From assembly GCA_964606295.1 (NCBI GenBank), contig CAZSFR010000003.1, forward strand, positions 1 through 40,615: DNA of 40,615 bases, read 5' to 3'. The translations under genes were made by a program, and so were the position numbers. This DNA comes from an uncultured Candidatus Saccharibacteria bacterium. GTDB lineage: Bacteria; Patescibacteriota; Minisyncoccia; Phycocordibacterales; UBA9973. This document shows, one piece after another, positions 19,913 to 28,731 of this stretch; the first letter of the stretch is position 1; the number at the start of each line of letters is the position of its first letter. The notes below the pieces were generated by a model that saw nothing but the letters and a program-made list of their open reading frames with translations, ran no database searches and was not told the origin of the DNA.

Positions 19913-20164
19913 TTAAACATACTTGCCATCAAATTGAGACAATAGTTCTTCTATGCACGCAGGGCATTTTGTGAATTGAACAGAGATTTCCTCCTCAGAA
20001 TCTCTCCTGTGTATGTATGAAGGCTCTTCAAAATGCCAATCGCCATCATATTTGAATGCATAGCAACAGTGGCACATTTTCAATACCTCGGTCGCTTCTC
20101 GTAACGCTAGTTTGTTCCTATAGCTTTCTACCCAATTTTCGGATTTTGCAATCTTTTTATTCAT
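19913..20164 (-). CDS. Small putative zinc-binding protein
   Basis: 83 aa with CHCC..Y.G.W and CPAC pairs. Confidence 0.65.
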   Translation of the reverse strand: MNKKIAKSENWVESYRNKLALREATEVLKMCHCCYAFKYDGDWHFEEPSYIHRRDSEEEISVQFTKCPACIEELLSQFDGKYV

Positions 20165-20347
20165 ATATTTAATCTTTATTTAGTACCGATGTTTTCCATA
20201 GACTCAGACTTCTTATACCGGCGCTGATAATTCGACCTTTCCTCTTATTCATATGTTAATATAACTTAGAAATATATTAACCTAATCTTAATCTTACACT
20301 AAAAAAAATATTATACAAGTCAGAAATCAAAGTTTTCAAGCACATTC

Positions 20348-20367
20348 TGTGGATTATCTGTGGATAA
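20348..20367. promoter_or_regulatory. Two tandem DnaA-box-like sites
   Basis: TGTGGATTA (one mismatch) and TGTGGATAA (perfect reverse complement of TTATCCACA), 11 bp apart. Confidence 0.45.
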
Positions 20368-20368
20368 G

Positions 20369-20385
20369 CTTAATAAAATCTTAAT
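20369..20385. promoter_or_regulatory. Putative OmpR/PhoB-family direct-repeat operator
   Basis: CTTAAT-aaaat-CTTAAT upstream of an OmpR-type regulator; related ATTAAC-N5-CTTAAT at 20276-20292. Confidence 0.45.
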
Positions 20386-20459
20386 AAATCATTTTAATTA
20401 GTCTAATACTAAGTTAATATTCATTTGCGAAATATCTATTTAGATGATATACATAGTAA

Positions 20460-21128
20460 ATGGCAATCTTAATTATTGAAGACGAGAAGAAGTTGGTAGA
20501 TATCTTGAAGCGAGCACTGAAGGGCGAGCGCTATTCAACAGACGTGGCATATGACGGAGAAGAGGGATTGAGCAAAGCCTTGAAAAATAACTACAGCATA
20601 ATTCTCCTTGATATTATGATACCCAAAAAAGATGGGCTCGCTGTTTGTAGGGAGCTTCGAGCACACAATGTTCATACCCCGATCATAATGTTGACGGCTC
20701 GGGGTACTATCGCTGACCGAGTGGATGGTCTCGACGCTGGTGCGGATGACTACCTAGTCAAGCCTTTTGGGTTAGACGAGCTCTTTGCTAGGATTCGAAC
20801 AGTTCTCCGTCGCAGAAAAACGACTGAACCAGATATAAAAAAGGTAGGCAATCTTGTTATAGATAGAAAGAAACATGAAGTCACTCGTGCAGGTAAAAAT
20901 ATCAATCTTGCTCCAAAGGAATATAAACTCTTAGATACACTCATAACCCATCAAGGAGAGGCAGTAAACAGACGAGAGCTCATCGATAACGCTTGGGGGC
21001 CTGATTTCAAAGAGAACAGTAATGAATTAAATGTCCACATAAAATATCTTCGCGATAAGATTGATGGTGGAAAAAATAAACCGCTTATCCACACTATTCG
21101 TGGTGTTGGTTTTACAATAAAGGAATAA
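20460..21128 (+). CDS. OmpR/PhoB-family DNA-binding response regulator
   Basis: LIIEDE, LLDIMIP, MLTA, GADDYLVKPF, winged helix VHIKYLRDKI..IHTIRGVGF. Confidence 0.96.
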   Translation: MAILIIEDEKKLVDILKRALKGERYSTDVAYDGEEGLSKALKNNYSIILLDIMIPKKDGLAVCRELRAHNVHTPIIMLTARGTIADRVDGLDAGADDYLVKPFGLDELFARIRTVLRRRKTTEPDIKKVGNLVIDRKKHEVTRAGKNINLAPKEYKLLDTLITHQGEAVNRRELIDNAWGPDFKENSNELNVHIKYLRDKIDGGKNKPLIHTIRGVGFTIKE

Positions 21129-21135
21129 CTTCAAG

Positions 21136-22677
21136 ATGATGATTTCGCGTAAAATAAAAAATAGAAGAATAGAAAAGAAGTCGAGCGAGATTGAACCAAC
21201 TGAACAAGATATTGTCTTGGACAGTATTCCCGCCTTAATTTACTTTAAAGACAAAAAGAACAACTTTTTGCGAGTTAACAAGGCATTTGCGTCATTTATG
21301 GGAAGAAAAAAAGAGGAGCTGGAAGGCAAATCGGTGTTTGACTTGTATACAAAGAAACAAGCCGATATTTCTTTTGAAGAGGACAAAGAAGTAATGACTT
21401 CTGGAAAACACAAAAATATTATGATAGAAGCGATTGATGTTAAAAACAAAACTAGATTAATTAAAACTGAAAAAATTCCATACCGTGGGAAAAATGGAAC
21501 TATTTTAGGGGTTATTGGCTTTTCTGTTGATGTGACAGATAGCGAGCGCATGAAAGAAGACATGCAAAATTCGGAACTGCGATTTCGTAGGTTATTTGAG
21601 ACTTCTCAAGATGGAATACTTATTCTCAATTCTGAAACCGGTCAAATTGACGAAGTCAATAGATTCCTTATTAGTATGCTGGGGTATACTCATAAAGAAC
21701 TTTTAAAGAAAAAGTTGTGGGAAGTCGGAGCATTTGTCGATATTAATAAATGCAAAGAATCGTTCAAGGAAACACAAAAAACGGGATACGTTAGGTATGA
21801 GGATATGCCTCTCCAGACAAAGGATGGTAGATTCATACATGTAGAATTTGTCAGTAATTTATATATAGAAGGTAATAGCAAGGTTATTCAATGCAATATC
21901 CGCGACATAACTGATCGTATGAGTTTGGAACTAGCAAAGGAACAAAATAAATTTCTAGAAGAAGAGAAAAAGAAGCTAGAATTTATAGCGGAAATAAGTC
22001 ACGAATTTCGGACGCCGTTGGCGATAATAAAAGGCAATATTGATCTTGCATCAATAGATGCAAAAAAGAAGAAGACAAAGTTTGATAGCAAAGTGCTCCG
22101 TCGTATTAATGATGAGGTAAAGTATTTGAGTGACCTTCTGTCAGACATGACATTACTTATCACGACCTCGTCCCAGTCACAGAACATGATTATAAGGGAA
22201 GTTGATATTGATAAGTTAATCAACAGATGTATCAAAAGATGGGAAGCAATTACTTTGAAAAAGGATATTTCTATACATAAAAAATCTACTGAGGTTACTA
22301 TTTTGGGTGATGAAAAATACTTAGAAAGGCTATTTATTAATATAATAAAAAACGCCATCGTGTACGGTAAACATGGTGGACGGATACAGATAAACGTTTT
22401 AAAGAAAAAAGACGAAGTGGAAATAAGCTTCGCCGATAATGGTATTGGAATGAATAAAGAAGATCTAGAAAGCATATTCAATCGTTTTTACAGAGCAGAT
22501 AAATCATATATTTCAAACAAGTATAGTGTTGGGTTGGGACTTGCAATTGTAAAATGGATTGCAGAAGCTCACGGGGGTAGAGTTAGTGCAACGAGTTTAG
22601 GATTGGGTAAAGGATCTACGTTTACAGTGTTCTTGCCTTTACCGGGGGGGGGCAGGAAAGGCCCTAAACTAGCTTAA
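21136..22677 (+). CDS. Cytoplasmic PAS-PAS sensor histidine kinase
   Basis: Two PAS/PAC domains, H-box SHEFRTPL, N-box NIIKNAIVY, DNGIGM, FNRFYRAD, GLGLAIV; no TM helix. Confidence 0.95.
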   Translation: MMISRKIKNRRIEKKSSEIEPTEQDIVLDSIPALIYFKDKKNNFLRVNKAFASFMGRKKEELEGKSVFDLYTKKQADISFEEDKEVMTSGKHKNIMIEAIDVKNKTRLIKTEKIPYRGKNGTILGVIGFSVDVTDSERMKEDMQNSELRFRRLFETSQDGILILNSETGQIDEVNRFLISMLGYTHKELLKKKLWEVGAFVDINKCKESFKETQKTGYVRYEDMPLQTKDGRFIHVEFVSNLYIEGNSKVIQCNIRDITDRMSLELAKEQNKFLEEEKKKLEFIAEISHEFRTPLAIIKGNIDLASIDAKKKKTKFDSKVLRRINDEVKYLSDLLSDMTLLITTSSQSQNMIIREVDIDKLINRCIKRWEAITLKKDISIHKKSTEVTILGDEKYLERLFINIIKNAIVYGKHGGRIQINVLKKKDEVEISFADNGIGMNKEDLESIFNRFYRADKSYISNKYSVGLGLAIVKWIAEAHGGRVSATSLGLGKGSTFTVFLPLPGGGRKGPKLA

Positions 22678-22737
22678 AGACCAAGTTTGTATCGACACAT
22701 AGTCGTTATTGCCTTTAAATGCGTGGTCTTTTGTGAC

Positions 22738-22766
22738 CCACTTTCTCTACGGAAGGTGGTTTTTTT
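22738..22766 (+). terminator. Intrinsic terminator after the two-component operon
   Basis: CCACTTTCT-ctac-GGAAGGTGG-TTTTTTT. Confidence 0.85.
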
Positions 22767-22920
22767 GTTTTTTACTCAAAACGCTTCTCTCGTCATTAAG
22801 CATGACAACAAATAATTATTCTTGTCATCTTTCTCTGTCTTAAACGGCATATCAAGTACAGACATTACTAGTAATGAAAGTCGACTGTTGGTACTCACAA
22901 TAATACAAAATAACAAAAAT

Positions 22921-23052
22921 ATGCTTTGGACGATTGCAATAGTACTCTTTATTCTTTGGCTTGCGGGTTACAGTTTTCATTTCGGAGGCAACACGATTCA
23001 TGTTCTTTTAGTTGTTGCAGTCATTTTGTTAATTGTGCAACTCCTTTCTTAG
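22921..23052 (+). CDS. Small membrane protein, lmo0937/DUF5670-like
   Basis: MLWTIAIVLFILWLAGYSFHFGGNTIHVLLVVAVILLIVQLLS matches the family pattern LW..G....GG.IH.LLV.A. Confidence 0.8.
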   Translation: MLWTIAIVLFILWLAGYSFHFGGNTIHVLLVVAVILLIVQLLS

Positions 23053-23130
23053 TGTCACATGTGATTGTGGCTCACATTTGATCAAGGTAGCGTGTCACTA
23101 ACTTATTAATCTTTAATTTTACAAATAAAC

Positions 23131-26073
23131 ATGCAGATGATAAAAAAATTTTCTTACACTCGTTTTTTTGCGGCACTCACAATTTTCAACCTCATAGTAA
23201 TGGGAAATTTTTCATTTTCCTCTAAAGTTATGGCAGAGGACAGTGTGTCTTCAGCCGTCATAAGTGAGGCATCAGTTGCTTCGCCGACACTTGGAGATGC
23301 GCAAAGTATTGCAACGACAGCTCAGTTACAAAACGTAGTACAAAATGTAAAAGATGAAGCACGAACCAGAGGAGAATCTGCAACTCATGAGCAGATAACT
23401 TCTGCGGTCAATGATTTTCTTGCGATAGAAGCAGTAGAAGCAACATCGCCTGTAATCGGCGATACCACAATCCCGCTTTCAATACCTGCAAATCAAGATA
23501 CTGGCAGAGAGGAAACAACCGTGCCACTTTTTACCTCATATCCCGTAGTCGATGACAATCTTAATGATTCGTGTGCACCATACGAGCTCACTCTTACTAG
23601 TGACCAAAAAGATTATATAGTCGAGAAAGATGAGCAAGATCATTTTGCTGTATTTGCATGGGTGCATTCAGCGTGGACGTCAATCGCTGGAGCAGATTGG
23701 ATTTGGGCGACACTTCACGTTGACGAACCATCTGTAAATCAAACATATTCATTCAAGAAAGCATTTGATATTGTAGGCACGCCAAGTATTGCAGAACTTT
23801 CAATCGCTGTAGATGACAACTTAAAGGCAAAAATTAATAACTCGATGGTATATGAAGCATCGAGTGGAGATAATTTCAGCAGTGCAACATCTATAGATAT
23901 AGTACAAAATGTACGCGAGGGAATGAATAATCTTTCTTTTGTTGTACAAAATGCAGGTGCTGTGGGGAGTACTCCAGAATCAAACCCAGCTGGACTTATC
24001 TATAAAATAGTCATCCACAGCACTTTGTGTGAAGACACAAATAGCGGTGATCGAGATAATGATGGTGTGAGAAATACTATTGATAATTGTCCGCTCATTG
24101 CAAATACCGACCAAGCTGATCTTGATGGCGATGGTAAAGGAGATGTTTGTGATGATATTAATACTGACGGCCCTGCTGGTGATCATGATGGGGATACTGT
24201 GCCGAACGCAGTTGATAATTGCCCAGCAATTTCTAATACCAATCAAATAGATACAGACGCTGATGGAATTGGAGATGAGTGTGATAATAATGGTAACGGT
24301 AATCCAAGTGGAGATTTTGATGATGACGGTGTCGTAAATAGTAGTGACAACTGTCCCGCTGTATCAAATCCAGGCCAATTAGATACTGATCAGGATGGTA
24401 AAGGAGATGCATGTGATGCTGATGCGAACGGCGATGGAATCCCAGACAATCGGCAAAATGGAGATATCGACAGCGATGGAATTGCAAATGGAATAGACAA
24501 TTGTAGAGCGGTATCAAATGCCGATCAGGCTGACGAAGACCAAGATGGCAAAGGAAATGCTTGTGATTCAGATTATATTTCAACAAACAATGATGGGGAT
24601 AGTGATGGAGTGATTGATACATTGGACAACTGTCCATCTGTTTCAAACCCTGATCAAGCAAACTTTGACCAAGATTTGATGGGTGACGCATGCGACAGCG
24701 ATGATGACAATGATGGAATACTAGATGTTGATGAAGGCGAAGTCCTCGGAGATATGTGTGTAGCAAATGTCTCAGCGATTGTAACAATCGACGAAGCATT
24801 ATCAATGGGTACAGGAACGCTTACAGACGAGAATGGTCCTGTATATATTGGAAGTGATTCGAGTGTGATAACTACTGGTGGATCATTTGATATCAATGAC
24901 GGCACAACTCTTTTTATCGATCCTTCTATGCAAGGTACATATGAAGATGCAAATGGTCTTGTCATCGAAAGACAGTCAGGAGCAATGGTTGTGCATCTCA
25001 AGCGTGCAGACACGTTGCTTGGCGACGGTCGCAATCATATCAATGGAAAAATAGTGCTCTCTGGCACAGTTGCAACAGCAATAGTAAATGATGAGACTAT
25101 CGAATTGGGGAATGATGGAATCATGGTGCAAAATCCAAAGAACGATGAAGTGTCTATCACAAACAACGGAACAGAAGTAAATTTCTGGCTTACGACAGGT
25201 ATTGATGAAGATACGTTCACTATCAATCTTGAGGATTATGAGATTTGTACAGACACTATCGAAGATACTTCATGTAGGGTTGGTGTCGAAAGAATCGTAA
25301 ACGGCGGATTCGAAACACCAGTTGTTACAGACCCAGGAATGTGGCAGGTATTTACATCAGGATTCAACTGGATGGCACAACGTATTTCTGACTCAGTATC
25401 AGAACTCGAAGTGCAGGCAGGATACGGCGCAGGGGAGACCGGAATAGCGTGGACAGCTAAAGAGGGAACACAGTACGTAGAACTCGATAGTAATGAGGCA
25501 ACACGAATTTATCAAGATGTCGCGACTATCCCTGGTGCAATATATGAGCTTGATTACTCGTTCTCACCACGACCGAATGTTTCTGCAAATAATCTATCAG
25601 TATCAATCGATGGATCTGTTGTTGGAACTGAGCAAGCAGACGGTATAGGACTTACTGGTACTTTGTGGATTGACAGGTCTCTCACATTTACCGCGACAGG
25701 AAATACGACTCGCGTGCAATTCGAAAATACTGATGTGAGTGATGGTTTAGGAACATTTCTCGATGCTGTTTCAATGAAATGCACTGAGAATGTACCCCTC
25801 GATGATTCCGCAGATGACGAAGGAAGTGATGGGGGTGGAAGTTCTTCATCTAGTAGTGGAAGTAGAGGGGGAAGCAGTGGTACTTCTAGCTCAAACAATG
25901 ATAGTACAGGTGAAGTCTTGGGTGCAAGTACAGGATTGAATGATTCTGGAATCGTACTCGGTGCAACTTTGGCACAAACAGGTAATGACATGAGCACAAG
26001 TATGTATCTCGGTCTTATACTTCTCGGAGCACTTATGATAATTCGAAAAGGATTTAAAAAAGTAGTAGCGTAA
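23131..26073 (+). CDS. Sortase-anchored surface protein: signal peptide, beta-sandwich domain, thrombospondin type 3 repeats, DUF642-like domain, Ser/Gly linker, LAQTG anchor
   Basis: 980 aa; VMA-ED signal cleavage, DxDGDGxxxxxDNCP repeats, VNGGFETP..GTQYVELDS..GTFLDAVS, LAQTG-TM-RKGFKK tail. Confidence 0.85.
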   Translation: MQMIKKFSYTRFFAALTIFNLIVMGNFSFSSKVMAEDSVSSAVISEASVASPTLGDAQSIATTAQLQNVVQNVKDEARTRGESATHEQITSAVNDFLAIEAVEATSPVIGDTTIPLSIPANQDTGREETTVPLFTSYPVVDDNLNDSCAPYELTLTSDQKDYIVEKDEQDHFAVFAWVHSAWTSIAGADWIWATLHVDEPSVNQTYSFKKAFDIVGTPSIAELSIAVDDNLKAKINNSMVYEASSGDNFSSATSIDIVQNVREGMNNLSFVVQNAGAVGSTPESNPAGLIYKIVIHSTLCEDTNSGDRDNDGVRNTIDNCPLIANTDQADLDGDGKGDVCDDINTDGPAGDHDGDTVPNAVDNCPAISNTNQIDTDADGIGDECDNNGNGNPSGDFDDDGVVNSSDNCPAVSNPGQLDTDQDGKGDACDADANGDGIPDNRQNGDIDSDGIANGIDNCRAVSNADQADEDQDGKGNACDSDYISTNNDGDSDGVIDTLDNCPSVSNPDQANFDQDLMGDACDSDDDNDGILDVDEGEVLGDMCVANVSAIVTIDEALSMGTGTLTDENGPVYIGSDSSVITTGGSFDINDGTTLFIDPSMQGTYEDANGLVIERQSGAMVVHLKRADTLLGDGRNHINGKIVLSGTVATAIVNDETIELGNDGIMVQNPKNDEVSITNNGTEVNFWLTTGIDEDTFTINLEDYEICTDTIEDTSCRVGVERIVNGGFETPVVTDPGMWQVFTSGFNWMAQRISDSVSELEVQAGYGAGETGIAWTAKEGTQYVELDSNEATRIYQDVATIPGAIYELDYSFSPRPNVSANNLSVSIDGSVVGTEQADGIGLTGTLWIDRSLTFTATGNTTRVQFENTDVSDGLGTFLDAVSMKCTENVPLDDSADDEGSDGGGSSSSSSGSRGGSSGTSSSNNDSTGEVLGASTGLNDSGIVLGATLAQTGNDMSTSMYLGLILLGALMIIRKGFKKVVA
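24049..24735 (+). repeat. Thrombospondin type 3 Ca2+-binding repeats (five DNC units)
   Basis: DNCPLIANTDQ, DNCPAISNTNQ, DNCPAVSNPGQ, DNCRAVSNADQ, DNCPSVSNPDQ, each followed by DxDxDxxG(D/N)xCD. Confidence 0.9.
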
Positions 26074-26082
26074 TAAAAGGAT

Positions 26083-26107
26083 CGGCCCTCAAGAATTGTG
26101 AGGGCCG
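26083..26107. terminator. Strong hairpin between surface protein and sortase (leaky terminator or mRNA stabiliser)
   Basis: CGGCCCTCA-agaattg-TGAGGGCCG; poor U-tract on the plus strand. Confidence 0.5.
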
Positions 26108-26122
26108 TATTCTATAAAATAT

Positions 26123-26731
26123 ATGCTGACACGCATGATTAGAAAACTGAAGTTTTTAAGAGGAATGAACATAGTTTTTGAAATTGCTATTTTCATTCTT
26201 GCCATCAATCTTATTTTTGCACCACTTTTTCCTGTGGTTGCGCAGGTGTTCAACAAGAATGACAAAAGCGTGGTGCTGGCTACAGGCGTAGGCGCGAATG
26301 AACATTTCACTGACCTTCCAATCGAAGGAAATTATCTGGTTATTCCTTCGATTGGAGTAAAGCGTGAGATTGTCGAAGCATTGGGGATTAGCACCGTTCA
26401 TGAAAATATATGGCGAAGAAACGAAGGGAGTACGCCTCCTGGCGGAGGAAATACGGTATTGGTTGCACACAGATATGCAACAATCGGTGGAAATCGTGCG
26501 AGCACGTTTTATCGGCTTCCTGAATTAGTTGCGGGGGAAAAGATATATGTTCGTTATGAAGGTATCATCTATATATATGAAATAAATAACACATTTGTCG
26601 TGCTTCCGACACAAGTTGAAATAGAGGGACCGAGCACGACACCAGTGCTGACACTTTACACTTGTACACCGCTTTGGAAAGCAGATCATCGCTTTGTTGT
26701 TACCGCACCACTTCAAGAAACAATATTATGA
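26123..26731 (+). CDS. Sortase (class D/E-like)
   Basis: N-terminal TM, LVIPSIGV, GNTVLVAHR (His), LTLYTCTP (Cys), HRFVV (Arg). Confidence 0.92.
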   Translation: MLTRMIRKLKFLRGMNIVFEIAIFILAINLIFAPLFPVVAQVFNKNDKSVVLATGVGANEHFTDLPIEGNYLVIPSIGVKREIVEALGISTVHENIWRRNEGSTPPGGGNTVLVAHRYATIGGNRASTFYRLPELVAGEKIYVRYEGIIYIYEINNTFVVLPTQVEIEGPSTTPVLTLYTCTPLWKADHRFVVTAPLQETIL

Positions 26732-26901
26732 TTGATAATTACTTAGAAAATACAAAACTATGGCTCGGAAGCAGAATTTCTAAGGAAAAGAAACGCTTTT
26801 TAATGCTATCTTTTCTTTTGGTGATTGCTGTGTGTGGAAAAGTGTACATTGACTCTCTATATCAAAAAAATTTTGTTGATATAGAGGCAACGGTCTCTTA
26901 A
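26728..26901 (+). CDS. Small hypothetical membrane protein (57 aa)
   Basis: ATG overlaps the sortase stop (ATGA); single hydrophobic segment FLMLSFLLVIAVCG. Confidence 0.45.
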   Translation: MIDNYLENTKLWLGSRISKEKKRFLMLSFLLVIAVCGKVYIDSLYQKNFVDIEATVS

Positions 26902-26941
26902 TAACAATAGTTCTGAAATCAGAGTATAATGTGATAGACCT

Positions 26942-27994
26942 ATGAAGTACATGAGAAAGATAAAAGACTATTTTTACCCTCATAGTGGCAACAATCACAT
27001 GCCGCTTCTTTTTTGTGAGGCAGGTATGGCTGTTGTCGTAGCTGTTACAGTATTTTTGTTCGGTTTGAGTGTGGTGGGCCGTATTGCTGTAGATAGAAAT
27101 ATATTGACTGCATCAGTAGAATCGATGGTTCTCATTGATTTGGCAAATAATGACCGTGATCAAAACAACGTCTCACCTTTGATGATAAATCCCGAACTCA
27201 CTCTCGCCGCTCAGATGAAAGCTAACGACATGGTGGCAAATATGTATTTTGCGCACACTTCGCCGGCAGGCATTACGCCGTGGTATTGGTTTAGTAAAGC
27301 CAAATATTCGTTTCTATATGCCGGAGAGAACCTCGCAGTCGATTTCAGTGAATCAGCGGATGTGAATAATGCGTGGATGAATTCACCACTTCATCGCGAC
27401 AATATTCTGAATGACAAATTTACCGAGATAGGAATTGCGACCGCTGAAGGAGTATATAAGGGGGAGAAGACGACATTTGTAGTACAAATGTTTGGATCTC
27501 CAATTGCAGCTTCCGGGACAACTTCAACATCTTCGGGAAGGACTGTGCAGATTGCGAAGCTGATAGCTGTACAAAATGTGTCTCCAAATGTAGCCGGTGA
27601 ATCCGCAAACACAGAAACAAATCTAATACCGTTGTACACGAGTCCGGATTTTGTTGCAGTAAAAAATGATAGTCCTTTGGCGCAAGCAACCGAAACGCAA
27701 AATGGCACAGATACTCTCAAGGAGCAAGCGACGGTACCTCTTCAAAGTAGTGAGGCTACGCCTCGCTACACTACATTCTGGCAACGCATCATTGCGAGTC
27801 CAGGAGAGACGGTAGGCATGTTATATCGCATTCTTTTCTTTGCTGTATTTATTGCACTCTTCCTCATGGTTATCATTAAGTTTCGCAAACAGCATTACAA
27901 GAATATTCTTTATGGAGTGCTACTGTTGCTGTTTATCTTTGCCTTCATTCTCTTGCTCAACTCCAACCTCTTATCTTCACCCGCTGTGATATAA
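26942..27994 (+). CDS. CAP/SCP-domain membrane-anchored protein
   Basis: AAQMKANDM..YFAHTSP, YAGENLA, WMNSPLHRDNILN, EIGIA, VVQMFG; N- and C-terminal TMs. Confidence 0.92.
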   Translation: MKYMRKIKDYFYPHSGNNHMPLLFCEAGMAVVVAVTVFLFGLSVVGRIAVDRNILTASVESMVLIDLANNDRDQNNVSPLMINPELTLAAQMKANDMVANMYFAHTSPAGITPWYWFSKAKYSFLYAGENLAVDFSESADVNNAWMNSPLHRDNILNDKFTEIGIATAEGVYKGEKTTFVVQMFGSPIAASGTTSTSSGRTVQIAKLIAVQNVSPNVAGESANTETNLIPLYTSPDFVAVKNDSPLAQATETQNGTDTLKEQATVPLQSSEATPRYTTFWQRIIASPGETVGMLYRILFFAVFIALFLMVIIKFRKQHYKNILYGVLLLLFIFAFILLLNSNLLSSPAVI

Positions 27995-28055
27995 CACAAA
28001 ATTATTTGGATAGAATCTGATTACGGGAAGAGCAATAACCTGACTGAAGAAAGCG

Positions 28056-28079
28056 AAAAGGTGCCACTTTTGTGACACC
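28056..28079 (-). terminator. Intrinsic terminator downstream of tRNA-Thr
   Basis: Minus strand GGTGTCAC-aaaa-GTGGCACC-TTTT. Confidence 0.65.
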
Positions 28080-28129
28080 AATCATCGCAAAAGAACTTAT
28101 TTGAGACACTTGGTTACTTCTCTACTGAG

Positions 28130-28202
28130 AGCCGCCTCTCGGGCTTGAACCGAGGACCTACGGTTTACAAAACCGTTGCTCTACCAACTGAGCTAAGGCG
28201 GC
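28130..28202 (-). tRNA. tRNA-Thr(UGU), CCA not encoded
   Basis: GCCGCCT-TA-GCTCAGTTGGTAGAGC-A-ACGGT-TTTGTAA-ACCGT-AGGTC-CTCGG-TTCAAGC-CCGAG-AGGCGGC-T cloverleaf; anticodon TGT. Confidence 0.96.
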
Positions 28203-28316
28203 TCTCAAAAGGGAAGTCATTTCTATAACAATTTGTAAAACTTTGTGCGAACCTACTACTTGTGCTTCCTTTGTCTGCGTATTATCCAGTGAAGACGGAA
28301 TCTAGGCTATGTACAA

Positions 28317-28730
28317 CTATTCCTCATCCTTCTTATCTTCTTCTATCAGCCTGTGCTTGAATCTCTTCATACGCACACGGTATTCTGCCATAGTTCTTGA
28401 AAAAAACAAAGTAATTTGCTTGCCCTTCCCATTTTCACGGAACTTCAGCTTGAACAGTTTTGGAAATTTGGACTTGAGGTATCTCCGTGTGCTGTGGGCC
28501 GTCACAATCCAGAGTTTTCCTGTGGTGAATATCATGTATCGCACGCTTTCTTTCATGGCACGAACAAAGTGCCGCTCCATGTCATAGAGCTCTGCTTTGA
28601 TATGGTGAATCGGATGAATTATTACCTCTGGCATATTCAATCTTCCAGTGCGGAGCATTTTTACCTTGTATCCAAGGAAAAAAGCTAGCGCCAAGAATGA
28701 TATTGCAAAAATAATAATAAGTGCGAACAT
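28317..28730 (-). CDS. Hypothetical basic protein with N-terminal TM helix
   Basis: ATG 1 nt after the tsf stop; MFALIIIFAISFLALAFFLG then a K/R-rich region. Confidence 0.7.
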   Translation of the reverse strand: MFALIIIFAISFLALAFFLGYKVKMLRTGRLNMPEVIIHPIHHIKAELYDMERHFVRAMKESVRYMIFTTGKLWIVTAHSTRRYLKSKFPKLFKLKFRENGKGKQITLFFSRTMAEYRVRMKRFKHRLIEEDKKDEE

Positions 28731-28731
28731 G

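Noticed and set aside
20169-20252. 27-aa minus-strand ORF MNKRKGRIISAG...
   Set aside because: Too short and featureless to support without expression or conservation data
20340-20450. Replication origin at the DnaA boxes plus AT-rich tract
   Set aside because: Only two boxes, inside an accessory island, with no dnaA/dnaN nearby
22644-22652. G9 tract in the histidine kinase as a phase-variation switch
   Set aside because: Lies after the catalytic domain in the last dozen codons, so slippage would change only the tail
17956-22740. TGACCCA at both ends of the signalling island as att sites
   Set aside because: Only 7 bp, with no integrase or tRNA target nearby
23060-23076. CRP site TGTGA..TCACA
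   Set aside because: Spacer is 7 nt rather than the canonical 6 and no CRP-family gene is in the window
24049-24735. CRISPR-like or DNA tandem repeat
   Set aside because: Repeats are degenerate at DNA level and are explained by TSP3 protein repeats
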